Shown here piece after piece: positions 1 through 13,122 of a DNA stretch of 24,000 nucleotides. How positions within the stretch are numbered: the first letter of the stretch is position 1; the number at the start of each line of letters is the position of its first letter. The stretch lies in NCBI RefSeq assembly GCF_900018785.1, contig NZ_FCOY01000007.1, forward strand, positions 706,632 to 730,631, in the 5' to 3' direction. Both the position numbers and the translations under genes were made by a program. This stretch comes from Xanthomonas massiliensis. GTDB taxonomy: Bacteria > Pseudomonadota > Gammaproteobacteria > Xanthomonadales > Xanthomonadaceae. Below the pieces are notes generated by a model that saw nothing but the letters and a program-made list of their open reading frames with translations, did no database searches and was not told where the DNA came from.

Positions 1-662
1 GACATGACGGTGCGCACGTCGGCGAAGTCCACGTTGATCAGGCCCGGGCGCACGATCAGGTCGGCGATGCCCTGCACCGCGCCCTGCAGCACGTCGTTGG
101 CGGCGCGGAACGCCTGGATCATGGTGGCGTTGCGGCCGAGCACCGTGATCAGCTTCTCGTTGGGGATGGTGATCAGCGAGTCGCAGTGCTGGCTCAGCTC
201 CTCGATGCCCTTGAGCGCGACCTGCATGCGCCGGCGGCCCTCGAACGGGAACGGCTTGGTGACCACCGCCACGGTCAGGATGCCCATCTCCTTGGCGATC
301 TGCGCCACCACCGGCGCCGCGCCGGTGCCGGTGCCGCCGCCCATGCCGGCGGTGATGAACACCATGTCCGAGCCCTGCAGCGCATCCATGATGCGCTCGC
401 GGTCCTCCAGCGCGGCCTGGCGGCCCACTTCCGGGTTCGCGCCTGCGCCCAGGCCCTTGGTCACGTTCTGGCCGAGCTGCAGCTGCAGCTTGGCGCCGCA
501 GTTCTTGATCGCCTGCGAGTCGGTGTTGGCGGTGATGAACTCCACGCCGTCCACGTTGCTGGACACCATGTGCGCCACGGCGTTGCCGCCGCCGCCGCCC
601 ACGCCTACCACCTTGATCACCGCGTTGGGTGCCATCTTCTCGATCAGTTCGAAATGCGCCAT
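1..662 (-). CDS. ftsZ: Cell division GTPase FtsZ, N-terminal ~220 codons; the 3' part runs off the left edge
   Basis: The reverse complement from ATG (662..660) reads [33 protein letters not shown]...[24 protein letters not shown], which carries the tubulin/FtsZ GGGTGTG signature. AAGAGGA lies ~8 nt upstream. It is missing from the ORF track because no stop falls in the window. Confidence 0.95.
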   Translation of the reverse strand, partial: MAHFELIEKMAPNAVIKVVGVGGGGGNAVAHMVSSNVDGVEFITANTDSQAIKNCGAKLQLQLGQNVTKGLGAGANPEVGRQAALEDRERIMDALQGSDMVFITAGMGGGTGTGAAPVVAQIAKEMGILTVAVVTKPFPFEGRRRMQVALKGIEELSQHCDSLITIPNEKLITVLGRNATMIQAFRAANDVLQGAVQGIADLIVRPGLINVDFADVRTVM

Positions 663-806
663 GTCCGTTGTCCTCTTTCGTTGCCCTTCCGGCGGGGTGC
701 CGGTGCCCGGGCGAGTGTTGTGGTGGTGCCGGTCACCCGGCGGTGTTGCGTTGTTGCCGTCGCTGCCTTGCGTGTCTTCTCCCTGCCCTCATCGGCGCGC
801 CTGCCC

Positions 807-2042
807 TCAGAACGCGCCGCGATACCAGTCCCGCAGCCGCCTGAAGAGGCTGCCGGCCCGTCCGGTCGGCAGCGAGGGCCGACGCGGGTTGTCCAGTTGG
901 CTGCCCATCAGCAGCAGGCCCACGCCGGTGGCATGCACCGGGTTGCCCACCACCTCGCCCAGCCCGGTGACGTGCTGCGGGATGCCCATGCGCACCGGCA
1001 TCTGCAGCATTTCCTCGGCCAGCTCGACCACGCCTTCCATCTTCGAGGCGCCGCCGGTGAGCACCATGCCGGCGCGCACCAGTTCCTCGAAGCCGGAACG
1101 GCGCAGCTCGGCCTGCACCATCTCGAAGATCTCCTCGTAGCGGCCCTGCACCGCCTGCGCCAGCGAGGCGCGCGGCATCCGCCGCGGCGGGCGGTCGCCG
1201 ACCGAGGGCACCTGGATCGATTCCTCGGCGGTGGCCAGCTGCGCCAGCGCGCAGGCGTAGCGCACCTTGATCTGCTCGGCCTCCGGGGTCGGCGTGCGCA
1301 GCATGTGGGCGATGTCGCTGGTGACGTGGTCGCCGGCGATCGGCAGCGAGGCGGTGTGGCAGATCGCGCCCTGCACGAACACCGCCAGGTCGGTGGTGCC
1401 GGCGCCCATGTCCACCAGCACCACGCCCAGCTCGCGCTCGTCGTCGGTCAGCACCGCCACCGAGGAGGCCAGCGAGGACAGCACCAGGTCGTCCACCTGC
1501 AGGCCGCAGCGCTGCACGCACTTGGTGATGTTCTGCGCCGCCGACTGCGCGCAGGTGACCAGGTGCGCGTGCACCTCCAGGCGCACGCCGGTCATGCCGA
1601 CCGGATTGCGGATGCCTTCCTGCGAATCGTCGAGGACGTACTCGCGCGCGATCGCGTGCAGGATCCGCTGGTCGGCCGGGATCGCCACCGCCTTGGCGGC
1701 CTCCAGCACGCGGTCCAGGTCGCCCCAGGTGACCTCGCCCTCGCGGATCGGCTGGATGCCCTGGGAATTCTTGCACTGCACGTGGGCGCCGGAGATCGAG
1801 GCGTAGACCGAGCGGATCTCGCAGCCGGCCATCAGCTCGGCCTCCTCGACGGCGCGCTGGATCGACTGCACGGTCGACTCGATGTCCACGACGACGCCGC
1901 GCTTGAGCCCGCGCGAGTCGTGGGAGCCGATGCCGATCACCTCGATGGGGCTGCCGGGCGAATACTCGCCGACCAGCGCCACCACCTTGGAGGTGCCGAT
2001 GTCCAGCCCGACGATCAGCGATTTGTCACCTTTGCGATTCAT
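807..2042 (-). CDS. ftsA: Cell division protein FtsA (actin-like ATPase), 411 aa
   Basis: ORF 807..2636 trimmed to ATG 2042 (MNRKGDKSLIVGLDIGTSKVVALVGE...VVLVDMGAGTTD...VLTGGASKMEG). The ATG overlaps the ftsQ stop (ATGA). The 198 codons upstream in the ORF are R/A/G-rich junk that overlaps ftsQ. Confidence 0.95.
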   Translation of the reverse strand: MNRKGDKSLIVGLDIGTSKVVALVGEYSPGSPIEVIGIGSHDSRGLKRGVVVDIESTVQSIQRAVEEAELMAGCEIRSVYASISGAHVQCKNSQGIQPIREGEVTWGDLDRVLEAAKAVAIPADQRILHAIAREYVLDDSQEGIRNPVGMTGVRLEVHAHLVTCAQSAAQNITKCVQRCGLQVDDLVLSSLASSVAVLTDDERELGVVLVDMGAGTTDLAVFVQGAICHTASLPIAGDHVTSDIAHMLRTPTPEAEQIKVRYACALAQLATAEESIQVPSVGDRPPRRMPRASLAQAVQGRYEEIFEMVQAELRRSGFEELVRAGMVLTGGASKMEGVVELAEEMLQMPVRMGIPQHVTGLGEVVGNPVHATGVGLLLMGSQLDNPRRPSLPTGRAGSLFRRLRDWYRGAF

Positions 2043-2878
2043 GTGGAGAAGCCGGGAATGGAAACGGAGGGGAAAAGGGCGCGCCGGGGCATCGCCCGGC
2101 GGGGAGCCAGCGCCAGGCGCGCGCCGCCGGCGACCGGGGCCGGCAGCGCCGGGCGCGGCGTCGCCGGCGGCCGGGCCGGTGCCGGGGCATTGCCCCACTG
2201 CAGGGTGAAGCCGTTGGTGTAGCGCAGGTCGGCGCGCTCGATCGGCTGCGCGTTGCCGAGCAGTTGCGGCAGCACCCGCGCGAATCGCGCCAGGCGCTCG
2301 CGCGCGTCGTCGCGGCCGACCACCACCTGGGTGCCGTTGCCCAGCTGCAGCGCCCAGCTGCCGCGGTCGTCGAGCACCAGCGAGACCACCTTCAGGCCGG
2401 TCGGCGCGAACAGCGCGCCGGCCTGGTTGTACAGCTCCACCACTTCGGCGCTGCGCGCGTCGGGCCCGCCCAAGTGCGGCAGGTCCACGTCCTTCAGCCC
2501 GGCCGGCACCGGGAACAGCCGGCCCTGTTCGGAAAGCATGCGGTCCGCGCCCCAGAAGGCGAAGGGACGATGCTCGACGACCCGCACCACCAGCATCCCG
2601 GGCCACTGCTTGCTGACCTGCGCCGACTCCACCCACGGCAGGCGCCGCACCGCGTCCTGGGCCTGGTCGAGCCGGACCGCGAAGTAGCCCGCGCGCGCGT
2701 ACGGCATCACCGCCGCGCGGATCTGGTCGGCCTGCACCCGCTGCAGGTCGCCGCTCAGGCGCAACCGCGACAGCGGCCAGCGCTCGGCGCCGACCCAGCC
2801 GTTGAGCACGGCCACTACCGGCAGCGCCACCAGCGCCACCGCCAGCACCCAGGCGAGGATGCGCACGACCACGTTCAT
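2039..2878 (-). CDS. ftsQ: Cell division protein FtsQ, 279 aa
   Basis: ORF 2039..2917 trimmed to ATG 2878, which has GGGAGG 6 nt upstream (GTG 2917 is an alternative). It has an N-terminal TM helix (VVVRILAWVLAVALVALPVVAVL) followed by a POTRA/FtsQ-like body (RLRLSGDLQRV...VVEHRPFAFWG...). It sits directly upstream of ftsA. Confidence 0.88.
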   Translation of the reverse strand: MNVVVRILAWVLAVALVALPVVAVLNGWVGAERWPLSRLRLSGDLQRVQADQIRAAVMPYARAGYFAVRLDQAQDAVRRLPWVESAQVSKQWPGMLVVRVVEHRPFAFWGADRMLSEQGRLFPVPAGLKDVDLPHLGGPDARSAEVVELYNQAGALFAPTGLKVVSLVLDDRGSWALQLGNGTQVVVGRDDARERLARFARVLPQLLGNAQPIERADLRYTNGFTLQWGNAPAPARPPATPRPALPAPVAGGARLALAPRRAMPRRALFPSVSIPGFST

Positions 2879-2969
2879 GCCGCGCCTCCCGCCGCCGCGG
2901 ACGCGCGCGCGCGCCACCGCGGCCGTCCGGCGGCCGGGGCGTGCAGGCAGGGCGCGGGCATCCGCATCG

Positions 2970-4415
2970 TCATGCCGGCGTGGCCTCCCCGCGGTCGTGG
3001 AAGCCTTCGCTGCCCACCTGCTGGGACACCGCGCCGATGTCGCCGGCTCCCATCATCAGCAGCAGGTCGCCGTCCTTGAGCACGTCCGGCAGCACGTCCA
3101 GCAGCTCGCCGGCATGGCCGACCACCACCGGCTCGCTGCGGCCGCGCGCGCGGATCGCCCGCGCCAGCGACTTGGCGTCGGCACCGGGGATCGGCTGCTC
3201 GCCGGCCGGATAGACCTCGCTGAGCACCAGCGCGTCCGGCTCGCTGAGCACCGCGGCGAAGTTGTCGAACTGGTCGCGGGTGCGGGTATAGCGATGCGGC
3301 TGGAAGGCCAGCACCAGGCGCCGGTCCGGCCAGCCGCCGCGGGCGGCGGCGAACACCGCGGCCAGCTCGCGCGGGTGGTGGCCGTAGTCGTCGATCACGC
3401 GCACCGTGCCGCCCTGCGGCAGCGCCACCTCGCCCAGGTCGTTGAAGCGGCGGCCCACGCCGGCGAACCCGGCCAGGGCGCGGGCGATCGCCTCCGGTTC
3501 CACCCCCAGCTGCCAGCCCACGCCGGCCGCGGCCAGCGCGTTGAGCACGTTGTGCCGCCCCGGCAGCGCCAGCTCCACCGGCAGGCGCTCGCCACCCGGC
3601 AGGCACAGGGTGAAGTGCATGTGCGGGCCGCGCTGGACCACGTCCTCGGCGCGCACGTCGGCATTGCGGTCCAGGCCGTAGGTCATCACGTGGCGCGGCG
3701 TGGCGGCGGCCAGCTCGGCCACTTCCGGATCGTCCACGCACAGCACCGCCAGGCCGTAGAACGGCAGGCGCTGCAGGAATTCGGCGAACGCGGCCTTCAC
3801 CCGGGCGAAGTCGTTGCCGTAGTTCTCCAGGTGGTCGGCGTCGATGTTGGTGACCACCGCCACCAGCGGGTTCAGGCGCAGGAAACTGCCGTCGCTCTCG
3901 TCGGCCTCGGCCACCAGCCACTGGCCGGTGCCCAGGCGCGCGTTGGCGCCGGCGGCGAGCAGCTGGCCGCCGATGACGAAGGTCGGGTCCAGCCCGCCCT
4001 CGCTGAGCACCGCCGCGGTCAGGCTGGTGGTGGTGGTCTTGCCGTGGGTGCCGGCCACGGCGATGCCGCGGCGGAACCGCATCAGCTCGGCCAGCATCGC
4101 CGCGCGCGGCATGATCGGGATGCGCTGGCTGCGCGCCTCCATCAGCTCGGGGTTGTCGGCCTTGATCGCGCTGGAGACGACCACGCAGTCGGTGCCCAGC
4201 ACGTTGGAGGCGTTGTGCCCGCGCATGATGCGCGCGCCCAGCCGCGCCAGGCGGCGGGTGGCGGCGTTGTCGGCGTTGTCCGAGCCGGACACCTCGTAGC
4301 CCAGGGTCAGCATGACCTCGGCGATGCCGCTCATGCCGGTGCCGCCGATGCCGACGAAGTGCACGCGCGGGAACGCCTTGACCGAATCCTCGGTGTCGCG
4401 CAGGCGGCGGATCAC
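2970..4415 (-). CDS. murC: UDP-N-acetylmuramate--L-alanine ligase MurC, 481 aa
   Basis: The distal part of ORF 2970..5798 contains [17 protein letters not shown]...[13 protein letters not shown]...DADH... There is no in-frame ATG nearby. GTG at 4415 has GGGAGG 6 nt upstream and overlaps the murG stop (GTGA). Confidence 0.93.
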   Translation of the reverse strand: MIRRLRDTEDSVKAFPRVHFVGIGGTGMSGIAEVMLTLGYEVSGSDNADNAATRRLARLGARIMRGHNASNVLGTDCVVVSSAIKADNPELMEARSQRIPIMPRAAMLAELMRFRRGIAVAGTHGKTTTTSLTAAVLSEGGLDPTFVIGGQLLAAGANARLGTGQWLVAEADESDGSFLRLNPLVAVVTNIDADHLENYGNDFARVKAAFAEFLQRLPFYGLAVLCVDDPEVAELAAATPRHVMTYGLDRNADVRAEDVVQRGPHMHFTLCLPGGERLPVELALPGRHNVLNALAAAGVGWQLGVEPEAIARALAGFAGVGRRFNDLGEVALPQGGTVRVIDDYGHHPRELAAVFAAARGGWPDRRLVLAFQPHRYTRTRDQFDNFAAVLSEPDALVLSEVYPAGEQPIPGADAKSLARAIRARGRSEPVVVGHAGELLDVLPDVLKDGDLLLMMGAGDIGAVSQQVGSEGFHDRGEATPA

Positions 4416-5647
4416 CGGGCACCTCCCGGGGTAGCGGCGAGCGGGGAAGCCACGGCGCCGGACGCGTCGCGCGCCTGGCCGTTGCCCTTGTCTGCGTGCA
4501 TCGGTTGCGATTCCTGCTGTGGGTCCTGGGGATGTCCGTCGCCGATCCCGGAACCGCCACCGGCGGCCTCGGCGAGCACGATGTCGGCGATGCGCTCGGC
4601 CGCGTCGGTACGCGCCAGCGCGCGCGCCGCGTCGGCCATGGCCAGGCGTCGCGCCGGATCGGCGGCCAGCGCGCGCAGCAGCGGCTGCAGGTGCGCGGCG
4701 AGCGTGGCGTCCTGGCGCAGCAGCACGGCCGCGCCATGCTCGACCAGGTACTCGGCGTTGCGGGTCTGGTGATCGTCCACCGCCGCGGCGAAGGGCACCA
4801 GCACGCTGCCGATGCCGGCCGCGCACAGCTCGGCCAGGGTCGATGCGCCGGCGCGGCACACCACCAGGTCGGCCCAGGCGTAGGCGGCGGCCATGTCGGC
4901 GATGAACGGTTCGACCTGCACGTCCAGGCCGGCCGCGGCGTAGGCGGCGCGCGCCTCGCCGGCCAGCGCCTGGCCGCACTGGTGGCGCACCTGCAGCGGC
5001 ACCTCGCGCAGGCCGGCCAGCGCAGTGGGCAGTGCGTCGTTGAGCACGCGCGCGCCCTGGCTGCCGCCGAGCACCAGCAGGCGCATGGGGCCCTGGCGCC
5101 CGGCCAGGCGCGTGGCCGGCGGCGCCAGCGCGGCGATTTCCGCGCGGACCGGGTTGCCCACCGCCTCCTCGCGGCCGGGGAAGCTGCCCGGGAAGCCGGT
5201 CAGCACGCGCCGCGCGAAGCGCGACAGCACCTTGTTGGTCATGCCCGGGGCGCGATTCTGCTCGTGCACCACCAGCGGCAGGCCGCACAGGCGCGCGGCC
5301 AGGCCGCCGGGACCGGCGGCGAAGCCGCCGAAGCTGACCACCGCGCGCGGCCGGCGGCGGCGGATCACCGCCATCGCCGCACGCACCGCGCGCGCCACGC
5401 GCAACGGCGCGCCCAGCAGCGCCAGCGCGCCCTTGCCACGCAGGCCGGCGATGTCCAGCGTATCGATCTCGATGCCGTGCTCGGGCACCAGGCGGGTCTC
5501 CATCTTGCCGGTCGCGCCCAGCCACACCACCGGCACGCCGCGCGCGCGCAGCACCGCGGCCACGGCCAGGCCGGGGAAGATGTGCCCGCCGGTGCCGCCG
5601 GCGAGGATCATCACCGGGCGGGTGTCGCGGGATGCCGGGCCGTTCAT
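4412..5647 (-). CDS. murG: Undecaprenyldiphospho-muramoylpentapeptide beta-N-acetylglucosaminyltransferase MurG, 411 aa
   Basis: ORF 4412..6934 trimmed to ATG 5647, which has GGGGAGG 5 nt upstream. It reads [30 protein letters not shown]...LVLGGSQGA...HQTRNA. There is a ~55-aa low-complexity C-terminal tail. The start overlaps the ftsW stop (ATGA). Confidence 0.93.
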   Translation of the reverse strand: MNGPASRDTRPVMILAGGTGGHIFPGLAVAAVLRARGVPVVWLGATGKMETRLVPEHGIEIDTLDIAGLRGKGALALLGAPLRVARAVRAAMAVIRRRRPRAVVSFGGFAAGPGGLAARLCGLPLVVHEQNRAPGMTNKVLSRFARRVLTGFPGSFPGREEAVGNPVRAEIAALAPPATRLAGRQGPMRLLVLGGSQGARVLNDALPTALAGLREVPLQVRHQCGQALAGEARAAYAAAGLDVQVEPFIADMAAAYAWADLVVCRAGASTLAELCAAGIGSVLVPFAAAVDDHQTRNAEYLVEHGAAVLLRQDATLAAHLQPLLRALAADPARRLAMADAARALARTDAAERIADIVLAEAAGGGSGIGDGHPQDPQQESQPMHADKGNGQARDASGAVASPLAATPGGAR

Positions 5648-6993
5648 GCCAGCCTCCCCAGGGTCGGCTCGACCCGTTCGCGGCCGCCGCGCACACCGCG
5701 CAGCGCCGCCGAGACCGGATTGGCGGCCACCGCCGGGCGCGCCGCGACCTCGGGCCGCACCGGCACGGGCGCGGGCGCCGCCGGGGCGGCCGGCGCATGC
5801 GGCGGCTCGGTCGCCGGGGCCGGACCGGGCACCATGCCGTCGTTGCGCAGGCGCGCGATCTGGGTGGCGCGGTCGAGTTCGTAGGACACGCGCAGCAGCA
5901 GGCCGACGGCCGCGCAGGTCATCATCACCGAGGAGCCGCCCGAGGAGATCAGCGGCAGGGTCAGTCCCTTGGTCGGCAGGATGCCCAGGTTCACGCCCAC
6001 CGAGACGAAGGCCTGCATGGCGATCCACAGGCCGATGCCGAAGGCGATGTAGCCGGAGAAGTGGCGGCGCATCTCCACGCACTTCATGCCCAGCCAGAAC
6101 GCCCGGCCCACCAGCAGCGCGTACAGGCCGACCACCGCGCATACGCCGACGAAGCCCATTTCCTCGGCGATCACCGAGAAGATGAAGTCGGTGTGCGATT
6201 CGGGCAGGTAGTTGAGCTTCTGCACCGAGGCGCCCAGGCCGACCCCGCTCCAGCCGCCGCGGCCGATCGCCATCAGCGCGTTGGACAGCTGGTAGCCCGA
6301 GCCGAGCTGGTCGGCCCACGGGTCCAGGAACGAGGTGACGCGGCGCATGCGGTAGGGCTCGAACACCACCAGCGCCACCAGCGCCGGCAACAGCGCCAGC
6401 ACCGGCATGGACATGCGCGGCAGGTTGGCCCCGCCCAGAACCAGCATGCCGGCGGTGATGCCCAGCAGCAGCGTGGAGGAGCCGAAGTCCGGCTGCATCA
6501 GCAGCAGCGCGATCAGCGCCAGGGCCACGCCGATCGCCTTGACCAGCGCCCCCCAGGTGGCGTTGACGTCGTCGCGGAAGCGCACCAGGTAGCTGGCCAG
6601 CCAGACGATGTACAGCACCTTCACCGCCTCCACCGTCTGGAACCGGGTCAGGCCCAGGTTGATCCAGCGGCGGGCGCCGTTGACGCTGCTGCCCAGGCCC
6701 GGGATGAACACCACCAGCAGCAGCAGGAAGCAGGCCAGCAGCAGCACCTGGTTGTACTTCTCGATGCTGCGCAGGTCGGTGCGCGCCGCCCACCAGGCCA
6801 GGCCCACGCCGATGCCCAGCGAGACCAGGTGGCGGGTCAGGTAGTAGAACGGGCTGGCGGTCAGCTCGATCGAGGCCGAGGCCACCATCACCACGCCCAG
6901 CGAGGCCAGCGCCACGGCGGCGCCCAGTACCCACAGGTCGTAGCGGCCGCGGATCGCGTCGATGGGGGTGGCCTGGCGCGGCATGTCGTTCAT
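5644..6993 (-). CDS. ftsW: SEDS-family peptidoglycan glycosyltransferase / division protein FtsW, 449 aa
   Basis: ORF 5644..7965 trimmed to ATG 6993 ([19 protein letters not shown]...). It is polytopic and carries [28 protein letters not shown] and [10 protein letters not shown] motifs. It ends in a Pro/Ala-rich C-terminal tail. Confidence 0.93.
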   Translation of the reverse strand: MNDMPRQATPIDAIRGRYDLWVLGAAVALASLGVVMVASASIELTASPFYYLTRHLVSLGIGVGLAWWAARTDLRSIEKYNQVLLLACFLLLLVVFIPGLGSSVNGARRWINLGLTRFQTVEAVKVLYIVWLASYLVRFRDDVNATWGALVKAIGVALALIALLLMQPDFGSSTLLLGITAGMLVLGGANLPRMSMPVLALLPALVALVVFEPYRMRRVTSFLDPWADQLGSGYQLSNALMAIGRGGWSGVGLGASVQKLNYLPESHTDFIFSVIAEEMGFVGVCAVVGLYALLVGRAFWLGMKCVEMRRHFSGYIAFGIGLWIAMQAFVSVGVNLGILPTKGLTLPLISSGGSSVMMTCAAVGLLLRVSYELDRATQIARLRNDGMVPGPAPATEPPHAPAAPAAPAPVPVRPEVAARPAVAANPVSAALRGVRGGRERVEPTLGRLA

Positions 6994-8078
6994 CAGCGCA
7001 CCTTCAACGTCGCCAGGCCGACGAGCACGAGCACCACCGAGATGATCCAGAAGCGCACGATCACGCGCGGCTCGGGCCAGCCCTTGAGCTCGAAGTGGTG
7101 GTGGATCGGCGCCATGCGGAACACGCGCTTGCCGGTCAGCTTGAAGCTGGCCACCTGGATCATCACCGACAGCGTCTCGATCACGAACAGCCCGCCCATG
7201 ATCACCAGCACCAGCTCCTGGCGCACGATCACGGCCATGGTGCCGAGCACCGCGCCCAGCGCCAGCGCGCCGATGTCGCCCATGAACACCATCGCCGGGT
7301 AGGTGTTGAACCACAGGAAGCCCAGGCCCGCCCCGGCGATGGCCGAGCACACGATCACCAGTTCGCCCGCGCCGGGGATGAAGGGGATCTTCAGGTAGCT
7401 GGAGAACAGGATGTTGCCCGAGGCATAGGCGAACACGCCCAGCGCGCAGGCCACCAGCACGGTGGGCATGATCGCCAGCCCGTCCAGGCCGTCGGTGAGG
7501 TTGACCGCGTTGGAGAAGCCGACGATCCAGAAATAGGCGATCACCACGAAGCTCACCCCGGCCAGCGGCAGCGCCACCGACTTGAACAGCGGGATGTAGA
7601 AGGTGTGCGCGGCCTGCACGTCGGCGGTGTGGTACAGGAACAGCGCCGCGGCCACGCCGAAGATCGACTGCAGCAGGTACTTCCAGCGCGACTTCAGGCC
7701 GTTGGGATCGCGGCGCACGATCTTGATCCAGTCGTCGTACCAGCCGATCGCGCCGTAGCACAGCATCACCCCGAGCAGCAGCCACACGTAGCGGTTGCGC
7801 AGGTCGGCCCACAGCAGCACCGAGACGGTGACCGTGGACAGGATCAGGCCGCCGCCCATGGTCGGGGTGCCGGCCTTGGAGAAGTGGGTCTTGGGCCCGT
7901 CCTGGCGGATCGGCTGGCCGCCCTTGAGCTGGGCCAGGCGGCGGATCGCGTACGGCCCCCACCACAGCGACAGGAACAGGGCGGTCAGCGCGGCGAGGAT
8001 GCCGCGGAACGTCAGATAGTTGAACAGCCCGAACAGGCTCTCCAGTTGTTGCAGCCAGCGGGCCAGCTCAAGCAGCAT
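6993..8078 (-). CDS. mraY: Phospho-N-acetylmuramoyl-pentapeptide transferase MraY, 361 aa
   Basis: ORF 6993..8093; the likely start is ATG 8078 ([31 protein letters not shown]...), with an alternative at 8093. It contains the [13 protein letters not shown] and APIHHHFE motifs. Its TGA shares one nt with the ftsW ATG (TGATG). Confidence 0.95.
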   Translation of the reverse strand: MLLELARWLQQLESLFGLFNYLTFRGILAALTALFLSLWWGPYAIRRLAQLKGGQPIRQDGPKTHFSKAGTPTMGGGLILSTVTVSVLLWADLRNRYVWLLLGVMLCYGAIGWYDDWIKIVRRDPNGLKSRWKYLLQSIFGVAAALFLYHTADVQAAHTFYIPLFKSVALPLAGVSFVVIAYFWIVGFSNAVNLTDGLDGLAIMPTVLVACALGVFAYASGNILFSSYLKIPFIPGAGELVIVCSAIAGAGLGFLWFNTYPAMVFMGDIGALALGAVLGTMAVIVRQELVLVIMGGLFVIETLSVMIQVASFKLTGKRVFRMAPIHHHFELKGWPEPRVIVRFWIISVVLVLVGLATLKVR

Positions 8079-9452
8079 CGGCGGGGTCCCCATCGCGCGC
8101 CAGCAGCGCGCTCACGATCTTGTCCATGGCACTGCCGCGCGAGCCCTTGACCAGGCAGCGCACGCCAGCGTGAAGTTCGTCGCCCAGCGCGCGCGCCAGC
8201 GCGTCGTGCGACTCGAAAGCGCGGCCGCCCTCGCCGAACGCGGCGGCTGCCGCCGCGGCCAGCGGCCCCAACGCGTACAGGCGGGCGATGCCGGCGCGGC
8301 GCGCGTGGCGGCCGGCCTCGGCATGCAGCGCCGGCGCGTCCGGGCCCAGCTCGCGCATGTCGCCCAGCACCAGCCAGGCCTGCCCGCCGGCGGCGGCCAG
8401 CGTGTCGATGGCGGCGGCCAGCGAACCGGGGTTGGCGTTGTAGCTGTCGTCCACCAGCACCGCGCCCGAGCGCAGCACGTGCGCGGCCTGGCGCCCGGCC
8501 ACCGGGCGCGCGTCGCCGAGTCCGGCGGCCACGTCGGCCAGCGGGATGCCCGCGGCCAGCGCCAGCGAGGCCGCGGCCAGGGCATTGCCCACGTTGTGGC
8601 GCCCGGGCAGGTGCAGCGCGACCTCGGCCTCGCCTTCCGGCGCCACCAGCACGAAGCGCGAGCCATCGCCGTCGGCCGCGATCGCGCGTGCGCCGGTCTC
8701 GGCGCTGGCGTCCAGGGCGAAACGGCGCAGGCCGCGGCCGGCGGCGACGGTCTGCTCGAACCACAGGCCGAAGGCATCGTCGGCGTTGATCACCGCGGTG
8801 CCGTCCAGCGGCAGCGCCTGGTAGATCGCGCCCTTGGTCCGGGCCACGCCGAGCAGGCTGCCCATGCGCTCCAGGTGCGCCGGGGCGACGTTGTTGACCA
8901 GCGCGTAGTGCGGTACCGCGATGGCGGTGAGGTAGGCGATGTCGCCGGGCTTGCCCGCGCCCATCTCGTAGACGGCGAAATCGGCGTCCTCGGGCGCGTC
9001 GATCACCGCCAGCGGCAGGCCGATCTCGTTGTTGCGGTTGCCGGGCGTGGCGTAGACCACCGCGCCGCTGCGCGCGGCGGCATAGCGCAGGATCGCCAGC
9101 AGCAGGGTCTTGACGCTGGTCTTGCCGTTGGAGCCGGTGATGGCGAACACCCGGGTGGCGCGGTCGCGCTGCATCGCCGCGGCGATGCGCGCCAGCGCCT
9201 GCTGGGTGTCGGCCACCACCACCTGCGGCAGTTCCACGGTGGCCAGCAGGTGATCGACCAGCAGCGCGCTGGCGCCGCGCGCGGCCGCCCCGGCGGCGAA
9301 GGCATGGCCGTCCAGGTGCTCGCCGCGCAGGGCCACGTACAGGCTGCCCGGGGCCAGCGTCCGGGTATCGTTGGACACCGCGTCGATCACGGTGTCATCG
9401 CCGTGCAGGGTGCCGTCGGCCCAGTGCGCGATCAGCGACAGCGGCGTGCTCC

Positions 9453-9456
<4 letters not shown>
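8068..9456 (-). CDS. murF: UDP-N-acetylmuramoyl-tripeptide--D-alanyl-D-alanine ligase MurF, 462 aa
   Basis: ORF 8068..11088 trimmed to ATG 9456, which has GGAGGTG 5 nt upstream. It reads [19 protein letters not shown]...[13 protein letters not shown]...DDSYNANP. The start overlaps the murE stop (ATGA). Confidence 0.93.
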
Positions 9457-10987
<1,531 letters not shown>

Positions 10988-10991
<4 letters not shown>

Positions 10992-12862
10992 TGGCGCACC
11001 TCCGCCGGGGCGTCCAACGGCGGCGGCGGCGGCTCGGCGGCGGCGTGGACCGGCGCCGGCAGCGCCGCCTCGATCTCGGTGGCCGCATCGACGGTGTCCA
11101 CCGCCGCGGCCTCGTCGGCGGCGGTCGGCTTGGGCACGGCCTGGCCGGTCTTGCCGGCGGCCTGCGCCGCCAGCCAGGACTGGATGTCGTCCGGCGGCAC
11201 GTCCATCAGCCGCAGCGCGCCGTCCATCACGCTGTGGTACACGGGCGCGGACACCAGGCCGCCGTAGTACTTGCCGGCCTGCGGATCGTTGATGACGATC
11301 ACCGTGGCGAAGCGCGGGCGGCTGGCCGGCACCAGGCCGGCGAACAGCGCGTTGTAGTGGCCGCGCTCGTAGCCGCCGGGCCCGGCCTTGCGCGCGGTGC
11401 CGGTCTTGCCGGCGACGTGGTAGCCGAGGATCGCCGCGCCCTTGGCGCCGCCCTGGGTGACCACGGTCTCCATCATCCGCACCACTTCGGTGGCGATCTT
11501 CGGGTCCAGCACCTGCGGGGCCGGCTCGTGCTGGCCCTTGACGAAGGTCGGCGTGACCAGCTTGCCGCCGTTGCCGAGCATCGAGTAGGCGCGCGCGATC
11601 TGCAGCGGCGTCACCGACAGGCCGTAGCCGTAGGCCATGGTGGTCTTGGAAGTGCCGCTCCAGCGCGCCGGCGAGGCCAATACGCCGGCCGACTCGCCGG
11701 GGAAGCCGCTGTGCGGCGAGGCGCCGTAGCCGAAGCTGCGCACCGTGTTGTAGAACGTCGCGTCGGGCACCTTGGCCACGATCTTGGCGGCGCCGACGTT
11801 GGAACTGCGGGTGATCACCCCGGTGACGTTGAGCACGCCGTTGTTGCGCGGCACGTCGCGGATGGTGAAGCGCCCCAGGGTCAGGAAGCCGGGGTTGGTA
11901 TCGATGATGGTGTCCGGGGTGACCACCCCGGCCTGCAGCGCGGTGGCCACGGTCAGCGGCTTCATCGTCGAGCCCGGCTCGACCAGGTCGGTCACCGCGC
12001 GGTTGCGGCGCGTGTCCGGCGCCGCGCCGACCACCGCGTTCGGGTTGTAGGTCGGCAGGTTGACCATGGCCAGGACCTCGCCGGTGGCCACGTCCATGAC
12101 CACGATCGAACCGCCGGCGGCCTTGTTCTCCACCAGCGCGTTGCGCAGCTCCTTGTAGGCCAGGAACTGGATGCGCCGGTCGATGCTCAGGGTCAGGTCC
12201 TTGCCCGGCTGCGACGGTCGCACCAGGTCCACGCTCTCCACGATCGCCCCGCGCGCGTCGCGCACCACCTTCTTGCTGCCGGCCTTGCCGCGCAGCCAGC
12301 TGTCGAAGGCCAGTTCCAGGCCTTCCTGGCCGCGGTCGTCGATGTTGGTGAAGCCCAGCACGTGGGCCATCGCCTCGCCCTGGGGATAGAAGCGGCGGAA
12401 CTCGCGCTGCGAGAACACCCCGGGGATGCCCAGCGCCAGGACCTTGTGCGCGGTATCCGGGTTCATGCGCCGCTTGAGGTAGACGAACTCCTTGTCCGAC
12501 TTCTGCGACAGGCGCGCGGTCAGCGTATCGGCGGGCAGGTCCAGCGCGGCAGCCAGCTGCGGAATCCGGTCCGGCGCCTTGAGCAGTTCCTGCGGATTGG
12601 CCCAGATCGATTCCACCGGCGTGGACACCGCCAGCGGCTCGCCGTTGCGGTCGGTGATCATGCCGCGCGAGGTCGGAATCGGCAGCTCGCGCAGGTAGCG
12701 CGCCTCGCCCTGGCGCAGGTAGAAGTCGCTGTTGACCAGCTGCACGTAGGCGGCGCGGCCGATCAGGGTGACCGAGCACAGGCCGAGCGCGGCGCCGACC
12801 AGCATGACCCGGCCCTGGAGGTTGAAGCTGCTGCGGGCGCGGTTGCGTGCGGCCTTCTTCAT
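10988..12862 (-). CDS. ftsI: Class B penicillin-binding protein / division transpeptidase FtsI (PBP3), 624 aa
   Basis: ORF 10988..13243 trimmed to ATG 12862 ([28 protein letters not shown]...). It carries the STMKP (SxxK), SSN and KTGT motifs. It has an acidic/Pro-rich C-terminal tail. Confidence 0.93.
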
Positions 12863-13122
12863 GGGCGCACCACCACGATGTCGGCCGCCTCGGGGAACTT
12901 CATCCCCAGGCGCTCGCGCGCGACCTGGTCGACGCGGTTGGCCTCGGCCCAGGTCGCCTGCTCCAGCTGCAACCGGCCGAACTCGATGTTCAGCTCGTCG
13001 CGCTCGCGCTCGAGCTTGGACAGCTGCACGAACAACTCGCGGTGGCGATGGCGCATGTAGACCACGCCGATGGCGGAAGCCACGGTGCAGGCAAGCAGGA
13101 CGACGAGCAGCAGGCGGCTCAT
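12859..13122 (-). CDS. ftsL: Cell division protein FtsL, 87 aa
   Basis: This is the tail of ORF 12859..13752 starting at ATG 13122. It reads [55 protein letters not shown], a single TM helix followed by a coiled coil. It sits between rsmH and ftsI with ATGA overlaps on both sides. Confidence 0.85.
   Translation of the reverse strand: MSRLLLVVLLACTVASAIGVVYMRHRHRELFVQLSKLERERDELNIEFGRLQLEQATWAEANRVDQVARERLGMKFPEAADIVVVRP

Noticed and set aside
696-740. A direct repeat of GGTGCCGG (696-703 and 725-732) in the ftsA-ftsZ intergenic region was considered as a possible regulator site.
   Set aside because: It is a short GC-only 8-mer that is easily produced by chance at this composition, and it has no supporting symmetry or phasing. 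I note only that this 144-nt gap probably holds an ftsZ-proximal promoter.
2970-5798. Giant minus-strand ORFs suggest 600-1100-aa versions of MurC, MurG, FtsW, MurF, MurE, FtsI and FtsA (for example 2970..5798 at 942 aa and 9453..12779 at 1108 aa).
   Set aside because: The recognisable protein begins far inside each ORF, at a start codon with an SD and a 4-nt overlap with the upstream gene's stop. The 5' extensions are out-of-frame readings of the upstream gene.
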